A stretch of DNA of 64,000 nucleotides, taken from positions 13,794,633-13,858,632 of the forward strand of contig OZ037769.1 of assembly GCA_964035545.1 (NCBI GenBank), in the 5' to 3' direction. This document shows positions 24,901 through 37,800 of this stretch, one piece after another. The position numbers were made by a program, and so were the translations under genes. The first letter of the stretch is position 1. Each line of letters begins with the position of its first letter. Under the pieces are notes generated by a model. That model was not told the DNA's origin. It searched no databases and saw only the letters and a list, made by a program, of their open reading frames with translations. Source of the DNA: Bugula neritina. Its lineage: Eukaryota; Animalia; Bryozoa.

Positions 24901-26817
24901 TACTACAGCGTATACTACTACAGTGTATACTACTACATTGTATACTACTACATTGTATACTACTACAGTGTATACTACTACAGTGTATACTACTACAGTG
25001 TATACTACTACAGTGTATACTACTACAGTGCATACTACTACAGTGTATAATACTACAGTGTATAATACTACAGTGTATAATACTACAGTGTATAATACTA
25101 CAGTGTATACTACTACAGTGTATAATACTACAGTGTTATACTATTACAGCAGATACTACTACAGTGTATACTACTACAGTGTGTACTATTACAGTGTATA
25201 CTACTACAGGATGATGCCTACCAGAAGATAGGTGATGTGCTGCCGATCATCCGGCACCAACTCGAGCCGAGTAATGTGCCCTTGAACCTGTACCTTGTGT
25301 ACTGACTTCTTATCATCAACATCAATAAAATAGACTTCTCCTTTCTACAACCCAAACAGGTCATAGACAATTAACTGCTGCCAGTATTAGAAGACAGAGT
25401 TTATTGTGGCAGCACATGGTACTTTGGGAAACTCAACTTACAAATCTAACTCTATAATTAGTAGTAGCAGAAATGTGTTAAAATTCTGGATACTTATTCG
25501 CTAGATTTAGTGCAGACGGTGGCAATCTAACAGAAGACAGGAGCTATAGCTTAAGTATTAGATTACTTACCTCTGTGCCAATGATTATGATACTCCTATT
25601 GAGAGCAGTCTGCCACCAAATGCAGGAGCACAGGCTAACTGGTGACATGAAGAAGGGAAGTCTGATCTCTACTACATTCTTCTTGGCTGAAGACAGTTTG
25701 CCAGGACTTGGCTTCTACAGGAAGTAGAACTGTTACCAGCAAATTGTGGTTTTAGACTCAAAACATGTATGAGTGTCGTAAAAATCTTTGAGCATAACAC
25801 TCAAATGTGTGTCAAAGAGGGGCTCTGTTAATGGTTTAATTTGTTTAACAAAATATTTCAATAGCAGCCATGGTCTTAGATACTCTAGAGGTTAAAGTGT
25901 TTGGCTTAGTAAACACAAAGTCATTGTTGATGTTAGGAAGAGTGAGCAGTCATAATTGCCCCTGTGCCCCATCTGAATAAGTCCTTAGCCCTATTTACCA
26001 AAAACCCTTCCATCAGGGGTTTTCTCACAGAAAGAGTGACTAAAAACTTGGGTGAGTTCTTTTTCAATATTTAGATGCCCAACATAAATATTAAAGATTT
26101 GGATTATATTAGAAACTTGTACTTTATTCATAGTAAAAATAATTTTTTCGAAACATACGATATCACATTACTCACCATGAAGGTACCAAATGGAAGAATG
26201 TAGAGAAATCGACTGCAAACCACCGCCAACTTATCTCCAAGTGGATCAAATGTCAGCGCCTGTATTTTACCGTACCCTGATTGGCCCCAGGCTATTTTCT
26301 TTGCTGACGGAGTTTTAATGTGACTTGGGTCAACAATGTAAAGAGTTAAGTCACCTATAGTGAAGAACATAATAGGACTAAATGACTCAAACTTCCACCA
26401 AGGTTTTATAACAAAATAGTTTTCTTTGGTCAAATTAGTTATCTGTAGCATATCAGAGTTAATAAATGATAAATACCATCTAATCCGTTGTTTGACTGCA
26501 ATATATAAGTCCAAATTTATAAAAATGAATTTTTATCAGCAGGCTTTTCACAAAATAAATTATAAATATGAAGTAGTTAGAACATTTGCTCTACAAACAA
26601 CAACAAATATATTTAAACTATTCAAAATGGCACATGTATTTCAGTAACACTAACTGGTAGAGCTGGAAACGGTGGCTATGTGTATTTTCTCCCCAACACC
26701 ATTAGGAGTAAATGCAATGATGGGTGATTCTCCATTTTGCAGTGAACTAGGCTTAAGGACATTTTCAGGGATGATGGGAAATAACTCCAGTGAATCAGTC
26801 TTGAGCAAGTGATTCAT
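9234..26817 (-). CDS. Large multi-exon RCC1-repeat protein with a beta-rich N-terminus, helical middle and C-terminal Cys/His (RING-like) motif; resembles claret/GLO-4-type Rab32/38-pathway proteins
   Basis: Exons join in frame, e.g. 26817-26655, 26354-26176, 25714-25571, 25344-25222, 23921-23801, 23401-23229, 22362-22198, ~21883-21801, ~20926-20811 and ~20509-20289, through to the last exon ~9609-9234. RCC1 blades include GSSDYGQLG, VYSWGWGVFGQLGHG...AAGHSHSM, VYIFGSNEFGQ and YSWGSNQYGQ. The C-terminus has FTCGHNF...CPQC. The family assignment is recalled from the architecture, and some middle exons are approximate. Confidence 0.75.
9860..9911. repeat. (TA)n microsatellite
   Basis: About 25 perfect TA units. 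Confidence 0.95.
11338..11425 (+). mobile_element. Degenerate fragment of the tRNA-derived SINE
   Basis: GTGTAGTGGTTAGA head and GTCAGGAAGATCATCCAATCATAAT core resemble the other copies. Confidence 0.45.
11790..12012. repeat. 27-bp intronic minisatellite (TGTAGATATATGTTAGAAGATACTAC[T/A]), about 8 copies with a 3-unit higher-order period
   Basis: Direct inspection. ORFs 11800..12126 and 11718..12089 are artefacts of this repeat. Confidence 0.9.
12508..12795 (-). repeat. Coding minisatellite (mostly 21-bp units) encoding a Ser/Thr/Pro-rich insert inside an RCC1 exon
   Basis: GTGGAGCTAGTAGAAGTTGAG-type units within exon ~12890-12404. Confidence 0.85.
14570..14705. repeat. About 22-bp AT-rich minisatellite (TAGTATATCAAGTATTATATATAC)
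   Basis: 5-6 tandem copies directly after an exon donor. Confidence 0.8.
16610..16741. repeat. About 22-bp minisatellite (ATGTGGTTGTGTGGTCAAGCACC)
   Basis: About 6 tandem copies. Confidence 0.85.
16989..17201 (+). mobile_element. tRNA-derived SINE copy
   Basis: A-box-like GTGGTCCAGGGG and B-box GGTTCGAAGC, plus the shared body GATGTTAGAAAAAGCATCCAGTCATAATTGCTCCTGTG...GTGACTATAAACTTGTGTGAG. Confidence 0.85.
19610..19912. repeat. 21-bp minisatellite (TATTGCTAGTTACTGAGAGT[A/G]), about 14 copies with alternating variants
   Basis: Direct inspection. ORF 19659..19964 is an artefact of this repeat. Confidence 0.95.
20545..20826. repeat. About 30-bp degenerate tandem repeat built from an exon end plus its splice donor
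   Basis: Minus-strand unit CAGTTTACACCTGA|GTATGT..., with a 30-nt period across 20687-20826. Confidence 0.75.
21027..21233 (+). mobile_element. tRNA-derived SINE copy (best preserved)
   Basis: A box TGGTCTAGGGG, B box GGTTCAAGCCC, and the shared body and tail. Confidence 0.88.
22370..22770. repeat. AT-rich low-complexity tandem array (TATATTATATTG-like)
   Basis: Direct inspection. Confidence 0.85.
22890..23088 (+). mobile_element. tRNA-derived SINE copy
   Basis: GTGTAGTGGTTAGAGCGCTGG head and the shared body. Confidence 0.85.
23936..25209. repeat. 1.27-kb intronic satellite with a 15-bp unit TACTACTACAGTGTA (about 85 copies) and 12- and 17-bp variants
   Basis: Direct inspection. It fills almost the whole intron between exons 25222 and 23921. 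Confidence 0.97.
25864..26057 (+). mobile_element. tRNA-derived SINE copy (B-box region deleted)
   Basis: Shared body GATGTTAGGAAGAG...CATAATTGCCCCTGTG...GTCCTTAGCCC. Confidence 0.8.
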
Positions 26818-28269
26818 CTTTCATGTCATTATCTCGAGAATATAACATACATTTATCTGCAACCATAACGATTATATAACATGAAATTAGTAAAAAATAA
26901 ATACTTACTCAACAAAATATAGGAATATATTAAAAAACACTTAGCAAAGAGAACTATATATAATGTCACCCTTGCTCTTACATTGTAACTTTCCCAACAC
27001 TTTAATTGTACTTGGTCACATTTGAGCTTCTTTCAAAAGCAAAAAGTACAAAAACATAAATGTGTTTAGCAGCAATAACTACCATTATTATGTGCTCTAC
27101 TAACTGTGCCATCTTGGCAACATTGGATGCAAGCTTTAGAAGTTCAAGTGAGATGGCCAATAAGATCTATGTTTAACAGTTTAGCAAAAGTTCATCACTT
27201 TACATTTACATTCGGTGATTTAATTTTTAAATCTCAAGATCACCAAGCAAATCATTGAAAGATTCAATTTCAGATTGCTGTTTGGACTCATATTTAAAAT
27301 TGTAATGGTAATGCTGATCCTGGGGACAATTTTCATTTTCAAACAAAGTGCCAATCAACCATGTAGTGACTTATCCTCACTCTTATTTACTATAAGTATA
27401 ATTTTAGCATATAAAAGAAATTAAATGATCATAATAATAATTATTATTATAATTATACATCAAACTTAAAATGAGTTAAAGTAAAATACTTATATTTCTA
27501 ATATTCAGTAACAATTACTAATACTAATAGTGACAGCAACTGAGGCCAAGAGTAAGACTTAAGAGTATCAGTTAGTGTCATTGTAAGTAAAACTACATCA
27601 GTAAATGTAAATTACTTCAAGTTTGAGTTTACTATAAGTATAAAACTAAATTACAATAAAATCATTATGATTATATTGTAATTAAAATTATAAAGTTATA
27701 ACAATTGTAGCTAATACTAATAGGTATAATAACTATTAGTATTACTATTACTATTAGTATTAGTATTAGTATTAATATAGATATTTGTATTATTAATATT
27801 TTTGTTTATAACTTTTAATTCACAATCATGATTATTATACTTAATCTTATACCTATAGCCTATAGACATAGGCTATAGCATTACCATAACTGATTTCATT
27901 ATGATTGTCATTGTGATTAGCCTTAGACTTAGCAGCAGCACTGGTAAAGCTGCTACTACTACTACTGCAAGTGTAATATTACCAGCCAGTAGTAGTCATA
28001 GTATAGGTCATAGTGCCACTATTACTGCAGGCATAGCCATAGGCCTAGCAGTAGCACTAGCAAGTAGCAGGAAATGATGAAATTAAATTTAATATCATAC
28101 ACTGACTTAAAACTAAGCCTGATGGTAAATATTTGTCACAATTACTATATCTATAAAGTACACTCAGCACTTTCACTTACTTTTTGCAACTGAGAGCGCA
28201 ATGATAATCACAATTACGACGATAAAGTTACTTTTAAAGATAATTATAATAACTACATTATAATCCTAA

Positions 28270-28460
28270 CAAATTTAAAAGAATAAAATCCTTTTCCAGC
28301 GGAAAGCGAAACAGTGATAATATAAATATTGCATGATAGCTGCTATGTCAGATAGAATCAGAAAGGTAGGGACTCCAAAACACCTTTTCCTACCAGAATG
28401 CTTGGTTTTACGCCAATATCAAGGTCAACCTTTAAAACGAAAGTTAGTAACGGATATAAC
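28270..28460. promoter_or_regulatory. Probable bidirectional promoter core between the RCC1 gene and SVIP
   Basis: A non-repetitive, relatively CpG-containing island between the divergent genes, flanked on both sides by periodic low-complexity DNA. Both ATGs appear to be preceded by 5'UTR introns. Confidence 0.35.
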
Positions 28461-29317
28461 AGTTATTTTATTTTGATAAAAGAAACCATTTAATTTTATA
28501 TTCATATTGATATTGTAATTTATTTTTAAGGTCTACTAAATTTTTAAGCCATAACTGTTTTGGATTTTATGTTATATTAATAAATTCTGAAGTGTTAATA
28601 AAGCACTAGTAATACTAATCCTAAATACGACTTGAAACTAGAGTTACCACTCACTCATACTCATAGTCATAGTCATACTGATACTGTCATAGTCATAAGT
28701 TATAGTGATAGTCATTATCATTATGATTATGATTATCAATATAGATTTATGAGTGAATATCATTATCATCATGATTATGATTTATTAATACAGAATATCA
28801 AATCAATATTATTATCATTAACCATTATAGTTACTGTTTTTCCTTTGTGATACTATTAGTATTACTATTAGTATCACTCTATCAGTATAGTATTACTATT
28901 AGTATTAGAGTTACTGTTAGAATGAAAGTTTTAGTGTAGTGTGTAACTACTCCTACTCCTAGGTGAGTACTAGGTCTCTGCTTATAGTTACACTAATGTA
29001 AAAGACAAAGTTATAACTTATTAGGTTTTAGTTATACTTATAGTTATACTGATACTTATACTTATACTTATAGTGTAACTGTAATAGTAGTACTTTTACT
29101 TATAGGCCAAATAAATATGACAACATGTATAGAATGAATTATCAGCGGAGAAGCTCAAATGGGTAAAGCAAACATAAATTGCAGTTTTTGAACAGTAGCT
29201 TTGAAGTTGCAGCTTCTGCGATTTCCTCTACTGACTTTTCGCATAAACGTTTGTGAATTATTTGTTTTATTGTTGATGTCGTTGTGATTTATGATTAGAC
29301 CTTGATGAATTTTCATT

Positions 29318-30730
29318 ATGGGATGCTGTTTCGGGTGTTTTGGAAATGAAGATAATGGATACGGTCAAGCTGATGGCCTTCAGAATAGTCAACGAACTAA
29401 TGATAAAGCCTCCATTGTAAGTACAAACAATACTGCCTTCTACTAGTGGTAATGGTTTTGATCAACTTCTCAAGTGCCATAGAGTTTAAATTTCTATGCT
29501 TTTAAATTTTATTACACATTACTCTAACGATGCTTAAAAACATTTTAGAACTCCTGTACACCTAGCAGTCTGCCATTTTTGCTGCACCACCAGGATGACA
29601 GTTAGAAGGACTAGTTAGTAATGAGCTAGCTTATTAAAAGCTTATGTACTAGGAGTATTTGTATCATAAGATTTGTAAATCATCTAAAGTCAAATTGTTT
29701 CTTATCTTATTTATATAAATAATTGCCACAGCAGTGTAAATTTTATGTCTCTCAAGTAAGTGAAGAAATTCTCAGTCTGAGATTTTTTTCAGTCTGTTGT
29801 AAGCTGTTACAAGTTATGGCCAATTAGTGTCTGAGTCATATCCTTTAACTGATGTTCAAACATCGCTTGTAACTTTTAGAAAATGCATTCTTTTATGGGC
29901 AACCATTGATGTTGCATTACATTGTTTTAAGGAGGAGAGGCGAGAAAAGGCGCTAGAGGCTGCCGAAAGGAGACAAGTGGCTAATCAAACTCGAGGTGTA
30001 GGTCACAATCCCAGACTAGAAGCTAGACAAAAGCGGTTGGAAAAGGAAGAAAAGAAAGCGATACTCTCGGGGAGAGCTAATCAACCAGGAAATTTATCGG
30101 TGAGAGTTGTTTTATCATGTTTGTGTATTTTTTCTAAGCAATCTTAGAAGAGCATGCAATAGCTAATGTAATTGTGGCAAGTGCCGTAGTTTTGAGAAAT
30201 AACATTTTTAATTTTACTATTGTGGCAAGCATAGGCTAGTATATGAATGCTAAGATATTTTTACTTGAGATTCAAAATAATGAAATACATATGAATTTAT
30301 ACCTAGTCAACATTACGCATTGGGCTTGCAGAGCTGAGAATGTTGAATAATATGCTAATGGTACGTGTGGGCTGTATGTAGGATTAAAAAGTTGTGTTTT
30401 TATTATACAATGTGTGTAGTATTTATATTTGTTTTAATTGCATGCCATTTTTGAAAAGGTATTTGCATTCCGTAAAAAGTCACTAATGTGTAGTTCATCA
30501 TTTTCCATGCTGAAGACTCCCTATATATTAGTGGATAATGTGTCGAAAAACCACTTCTTTGATAGTCATTAACCATGTGACACTTTTTTAGATCAAAATA
30601 AAATTGTTACTCATAGATACCAGCTGTACATTTGGTACTCAGTGTTATCTTTATGTCTGTAAACTGTTTTTCATGTTTTCTACATATGTGATCAATAATT
30701 CTGTTTATCTTGTAGTGGAAGATGGAGTAA
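29318..30730 (+). CDS. SVIP: Small VCP/p97-interacting protein; exons 29318-29416, 29932-30099 and 30716-30730 (93 aa)
   Basis: N-terminal MGCCFGC myristoylation/palmitoylation motif, VIM-like EERREKALEAAERRQ..RG, and C-terminal GNLSWKME*. Introns are canonical GT-AG, phase 0. Confidence 0.92.
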
Positions 30731-33700
30731 CTATCATAGCTTCTACATACAGGAACTTTAATCTACGCTTTACATTTCCATTTATCTGGATGCTAATATT
30801 ATATATTTATTCTTATAACTTGACAATATAACACGGTAGACTCATGTATCTGTTTGTACAGGTTACTAATGCTTTCACCAAGAGTACTTCTAAGTTAATT
30901 TATTCCATACCGGTTGGAGTAGTTTAAAATGTAGCTTTTTTTATTTTATATATATTCTACAAAACATTTCCTCTGTACAAGTTTCTATTATTTTCTGTTT
31001 ATTTTCATATTTACAGCTATTTTAAAAGTTATTGTGTTTATGTGTTACACCAACACTACCCAAGTGTTTGTCTCTAATGTTTCATGTACTTTATGTATTG
31101 AGCTATTCGATGTGCTGACTATTAAAAGGGTGCTGCTGTGCTTGATTCTCGGTGTAACATCCAGCCACATTCACATGGTTGGCTGTCATGAGATTAATAA
31201 TTACTTAAATCGTTTTGAAATGGTTAATAAAGATCTGCCTATTTTCTTAGCTGTGAATTATATTTCTGATTTGCACATGAAAATATGGTGCACCCTTTAA
31301 AATTGCTCCTGGTGTGAATTTTTTTATAGCGTTAATATTTAATCTTGCTTTAAGGTTTAAATAGGTTTGCATTATAACCTAGAATATTATACTGTTTTTC
31401 GCTGTTTACAGTTAACTTTTCCTTTAGCGTTCTATTAATTATATACTGTATCCAAATGGAAAACAATCTCGGTAAGTAAACTTGCTGTAAAATACAGTGT
31501 TTTCATTTGTCCAAGAAAATCTCTGATTTAATAAATGATTATGAATAGACTGCAAGTAGTAAAATGTGCCATTTTATATATATACTTTTAAAATATATTC
31601 CAACGTACTAAATAAGTTTTACAAATTATAGCTCATTTGATCTACAACGTAGGAAAAGTGCTACAATAGCTCTATGGTTAAAGTAAATGCTAAGTTAAAG
31701 TTGTGCTCCCACTGATTTTTTTTCACAATTCCAAGTGCTGCTGCTGGCCATTTACTGTAGCGTATATATGGTTAGCCAAAGATCTGTTGTACATACATAA
31801 ACAAGTGAGAGTTTATCATATAAATCTTGAGTTTCAATATCTCCAATGTAGAATATTTGATATCATAACTGATTCAAGGTGTTTTCACTGAAGTCAGTAG
31901 ACAAAGACTAGCCTATGTTGACAAGCACTAGCACCACAGTTAGTTTAAGGTCATTACTTTCCACATTCAGGCACTGCTTTATGTTATATATAAACGGTTT
32001 CCAGGGGATAGCGCGAACAGTTTTTGTCTCACATTAACAAATTTTACATGAAAAGATAGCTCTTGCATTCCTCTTTCATATACTTTTTTAATTTTTCAAT
32101 AAAAAATTTTCTGAGAAAGTTGTTGCATAATAAGTAAAATTTTACACCCTCCATGTTCCACTGCTGTAGCACAGGGGATTCATTTTATAAAGTCTAAAAG
32201 TTAAACTTGACATTCCTTGATATGTTTTCTCTAATATACTTTCTTTGTTTTTTGAAATTCTGTTTATGCTCTTCACAATTTGGTAAAAACATACACCATA
32301 TTGCAAGTTTCACTGCAATTATCTAAATTCTTCATATGGTGGTTCTAGCTACGCTCCTGTGACTAATTATAACATTCCTAGTACTTTTGCCGCTCTGCGC
32401 TATCACAATAACATATAGTACCCTCTCGCACAAATTGGCACTCTATTGGATTTCTGCCAATATAATGTTCCCTGTTTTACATTAGCACTTAGCTGAATCA
32501 TCTCACTATGTTACAATAATATATTGAAAATGCCTCAGCACAACATAATTCTTTGTTTGTTTGGCAGAGTTAATTTCAGCTAAATCACTTCACTTTGCAG
32601 TCTTGTCAGTAAAGGTTTCTCTAATTCACATATGATTATTTTAAGTACATTGTATTCTATAAGATCATTTCAAGGTTTAGTCCAGTGTTCAGTATCTAAT
32701 TATTATGCGTGTATGTTGTCTTACTGTTGAACAAAAGTTAAAAAAAAACTTTACAATTATAGCCATATTTATTATACATGCGTAGGATTTGCATAAGTTG
32801 ACAAAAAAACTGCAACAAATCAGGGTTGAACCATGACCAACCAACTCGTCGCTGACGCCTCTAACCTCTGGACCACGCTGTGATCGTAAAAGAGTCCGCA
32901 TTATATGAGTAACTATCATTACATAAATATTTCGCGCGCAAATGGGTTATAATTATTAGGCTGTCAATTCATGTTGATAGCAGTCAACTGTTGCAATAGT
33001 CTCGGGTTACTATCAAAGCTAATGGTTTTGAACAAATAACCCAAAAGTTTAAAAATAAGTAGCTTGCGTATTACTAGCTACAAAAACAGGTCTGAAATAG
33101 ACTGGTAAAGCAAGCTCTTATTGTAGAGTTTGCAGATGTGCTCTAAAATAAAACTTAAACTGTATGCTATTACATAAGTATTTGTATGCGAGAGATATAA
33201 ATGGACATTACTGAGTTTCTGGAAAACAACATACTTGAAGTTTACTTTGACAATGGTGTTTTCTTTTCATCATAGCTAGCCTATAGCATAAATCTCTAAT
33301 CATATGAATCTTTATGAAGCCCACAGCTCATGTAAGGGTGGCAATGTAATTTGAAACGAACAATTATGTTGCTGCATTGTGTCTAAGGTATATTAGAGAG
33401 CAGAATTTGGTTTTACTAGCCTACCCCAACGGCATTCTACAATGCAGCTTATATGCTGGCAGTTGTAATAAGTACAGCCAATAGCAAGGTTACTATCACT
33501 GCTAGCTCTGTGCAGTATGTAACCTCTTGAATAATTGCGCCAATTTTAAACTCTTGGAAGTTGGCCAAGTTATCATATCGCAGCCAGCCACCGGAGACAA
33601 AGCATCAGAGCTATTCATATAATATTATACTGATGCACTTGGTAGCAGAGTGGCTAATCTAATATAGTTCATAGTTCAACACCCTTTACTTTGGGAATAC

Positions 33701-34822
33701 AGCCTCTTTTTTTAGGTTTACCTTACAAAGCATGAAAATATCTAAACTGATATTCTGATAATTTAGAGGTACATTTTGAAAACTAGGTTAATTGCACTTG
33801 TTTGCACAACAACAATAATAAAATAGATATTATGCAGTATAATAAAAACACACATAATACTATATAATATATTATAATGATAATAATATAATATTATAAG
33901 TACCATTACTGCATTTTATAAATCACATGGTTGCCAAAAAAATGTATCACAAATTTTGTAATTATACATCAAAAATAGAACTAGCTAGGCAGCAGGTTAG
34001 AATAGAGTAAATTCTTAAAACATGAAATCGTGATTTGACTATTGTTTTATTTAGGCCAACCAACCTAGGAATACAAGATTGGGTTTTAGCTGACAGTTTA
34101 TTATAACATTTAGCTTTTGAGCCAGCAGCACTGGCACTTGTGAAGTATAGGCAAAGTTAGTGAAGCGAGACTAACAAGCACTCAAATACAAGGCATATTG
34201 AGACGCGATAACAAGTCAGGAGCGTATAAATTGATAAGAATGTGGAAGGGGGACTATGTTTTTCAACAAGCTATAACTTAAACATGAATTGGCTTTTGAA
34301 AAAAATAAAAAATTATATTGGAGAACATAAGTTTCTTTATCTTTTCATATTTTTTTTGTTCCTGTGACATTCAACCTGTTCGAGCTATCAGTGGAACATT
34401 GTTCATATAGAACATAAAGCACCTGGCAAAGAGCCAGAAAATGAAAAGTATGACCTTAAACCAACTGTGACTAAGCTAAGAAACCTGAAAATCAACTAAA
34501 TTTTTTAGTTATATTTGAATGCAATCATTTAGTACAACAAGAGTTACAGACATACAAACCTACATTTACTACCAACTCTATTTACAGTATGAGTCTGATG
34601 AGTAAATTACAAGAATAATGGAATAGTGTGAGCTCCAAATATTTATATAGGAATACAGCATAGCGTTAGCTAAAAGCAAACTTAATAGATTTGACTTTTT
34701 CTATTTGACAAAGGCAAAATTTAACTTGGCTAACTAATATAATTATTTAAATTGACAGAAAAATAGCCTATTTTTATAGATAATCGATTTAACAACAATT
34801 TATCAGACAGCATATAAGGTGA

Positions 34823-37800
34823 CTAATAGCTTTTGCTCCAGTCAATAACATACTCCAGAGGTTTGTCATGGATATAATTCTGTAGATTCTTAGCTATAAA
34901 CTCCACAGTCTACAACAAAACAGACATGTTACCATCGCTTCATGCATACATATGATATTGAGAAGCAAAACAAATGTGTTAGAGGTATAAAATTATAAAT
35001 TTTCAAGAGAGATAACAATTGTATTGAAACATTATTTTTATATAAAACCACCACTTAAATTTTTAACAATGTGACTAGAAAAGAAAACAAATTTGATCAC
35101 GAATACTTTATTAAAGAATTTACCATGCAGCATTGCATACCAGTATCTAAAACAACAGCCAGTTTATTGAGGGGTGTCTCACAAAAACTACTTATCTCCT
35201 GCTTGTATTTGTCTCAGGTGATGTCAGCAATATTAGATATCAAACATTTCTATTTCAAAACTGTAGCTTGAAAAATGCCATGTTTAAATTAAGGCAAACT
35301 ATAACACAATAGATATTATGTATTTCAACAAAATGCTAAGAAAAACTAAAATTGCAATCAAGTTGCTAACTAACGAATTAAATATCTCGTAATTATATTT
35401 ATACAATAAAAAGCATATAAAGTATAAAATCTAATGCTATTACCAAGATTAGATTTTTAAAGTCAACAATTATTAAAGTAACTGTATGTCTTCTGAAATG
35501 GCTATTTAAATAAATTGCTCACTTTGCATACAGCCATTTTCAACCAAGCAGTCATTTCTAAAATTACCATCTTCAAATAGAAATTTCCGAATGGTGAACA
35601 ATGAAATTTCTCCATACTCCATACAAAAAAATTGTGAAATTACAAAACCGATCAATTGTACAAATGTTTGAGAAGTTGAGATGTTATTTCGATACACCAC
35701 CGAGAAATTAACATTAAATGGGCAATATACATGCGGCATCTACACACTCAATAGTTCAGTTGTTAAATCACACCTTTGGTATTAATGGACCAGCAGCCAC
35801 ATGCGGAGTTATGGTAACCTGGGGGTGTTTCCATAGCAACGAGTCAACAGGAAGTGGTTCTGTGGGTAGCACATCTAAAATGGCCGCCCTTATCCACTTC
35901 TCTCTAAAAATACAAAAATATATTTTAAATTTTACGAGTACAAGCATTAATAAAAATGTAATTTTACAGATAAGCCATTAATAACTCATCAAGTAAAACT
36001 AGACCAAGACACGGGATTACTACAATACTAGAGAGTTGTTGTATCTAGCAACATATCTAGCTCTGATTTCCAAGCAGTAAAGAAACTTTGCAGTCAAAAT
36101 AAAGGACTAAATAAGGCATTTCATCACCATTACAAATCATACTTGTCAGTCCGGCAAAACAATAAACTTTCATAAGATAAATTAATACTACCTGGAATAA
36201 CCACAGAACAACCTCTTGTCTAACTCCGTGCTTGGAGTATAGAGAACAATGTGAGACATAGCCTGAGAGAATGGTGCTTACCTCAGGGCTTGGAGTATAG
36301 AATCCTCTGTACATATGTCACCTCGGCCCACATTGATGAATACAGAACGTTTAGAAGAACAGACCTTCAATCTCTCATTATCCAGTAGACCTCGAGTTAG
36401 CTGTGTACTCGGCAGAATGTTGCAGACGTAATGGCAGTTTGCCAGAAGTTCATCAATTCCCTCAGCTACCCTGTAATATACTGTTAGTTTACTTGTAATA
36501 TATTATCAGTTACTCTGTAATATATTACCAGTCACTGTGTAATATAGTATTAGTTACTGTGTAATATATTATCAGTTACTGTGTAATATGTCACCAGTCA
36601 CTGTGTAATATAGTATTAGTTACTATGTAATATATTATCAGTTACTCTGTAATATATTATCAGTTACTGTGTGATATAGTATTAGTTACTATGCAATACA
36701 TTATCTAAGCTCTGTAACACTGACAGATGATGATAACAGAAGCAAGCGGGCAGACACAACACAACTAACCTGTATTCATCCACATAAGCACATTTATTAT
36801 CATCAGGTGGGAATCGATTAACTAAAGTCCATACTCTCATCCCACAGGCTTTACACATTTCTGCAACTGTAACAAAACCATGCAAATTATAAACAACTTT
36901 AGACCACAACAAAACTTTTCAATTGTGTTGGTTGTCTTTAGAATAGTTTACTTATATTCATGATGTATATCATTCACTACCGCAAAAATCCAAGAAAATG
37001 CAATAAAAAGCATTACATGTTGTAGTGATGAGTTAACCCAGTGGTCCCTGTGGTGTAATGGTTAGCACACTTGTTGCAAGCTAGAGGTCTTGGGTTCAAA
37101 TCCCAGAGGGGGCAATTATTTTACAGATGAATTTATTTATTAACTGATTTACGTGTTCACCTTTTTTTCCTATCTCTCCGAGACCGAGTATGCCGATAGA
37201 AAAGGAGTCCATTGTCCTGCTTTCATTAAATATATGCTCTGCCAGTTCCACGGACCTAAACAAATACATTATATTCTTACAACTTTTAGCAACTCAGAGA
37301 CAGGAGAGTGGAAATAGGTGAGGACAACTCCCTGCAACAGGTGGGAACAACTTCAAGCAACTCAGGCTATGTCAGTAACTCAGGCTATGTGGCCCTGGAG
37401 TCTGTCGTGCATGTACAAGATGGCTACTGCCAATAAAATTCAACACCGGGGAGGAAGATAAAAATAAATTTTACAGGCCACTTTGGATTTTAGTAAGCAA
37501 TTTAGTTTTCATAAAATTCATTCATTAATGTAAAGTGCAAGTGTAGCTACTCAGAGTACAAGAGCTGGATATGATGAACAGACCAGACACTTCAATTTTG
37601 ACTGTTTCATATGCAGGTGTTTTGCTCTGTAAAAGCTGCTGTCAGCATTTTTAAAGAAATGACTAGTTGCTATAGCATGATAGTTAGAAGTTCCTACCAA
37701 TTATTATACAAATATAAAACAATGCTCCATTTGATTATATCGTTTATTTTGTTAACCTGACAATTCAGTACCTGTTCCACACACTATCATAACTCTTACA

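Noticed and set aside
23928-25231. Long ORFs (428, 382 and 311 aa) and a CRISPR-like regular appearance
   Set aside because: A pure 15-bp satellite with no unique spacers, inside an intron. The ORFs exist only because the unit lacks stops on the plus strand.
31988-32950. Possible old DNA transposon (CGCG-rich ends, ...AAATGGGTTA)
   Set aside because: Matching TIRs and a TSD could not be established.
37044-37114. Functional tRNA-Cys gene
   Set aside because: The anticodon arm is shortened and mismatched and the acceptor stem is weak; tRNAscan-SE would be needed to decide.
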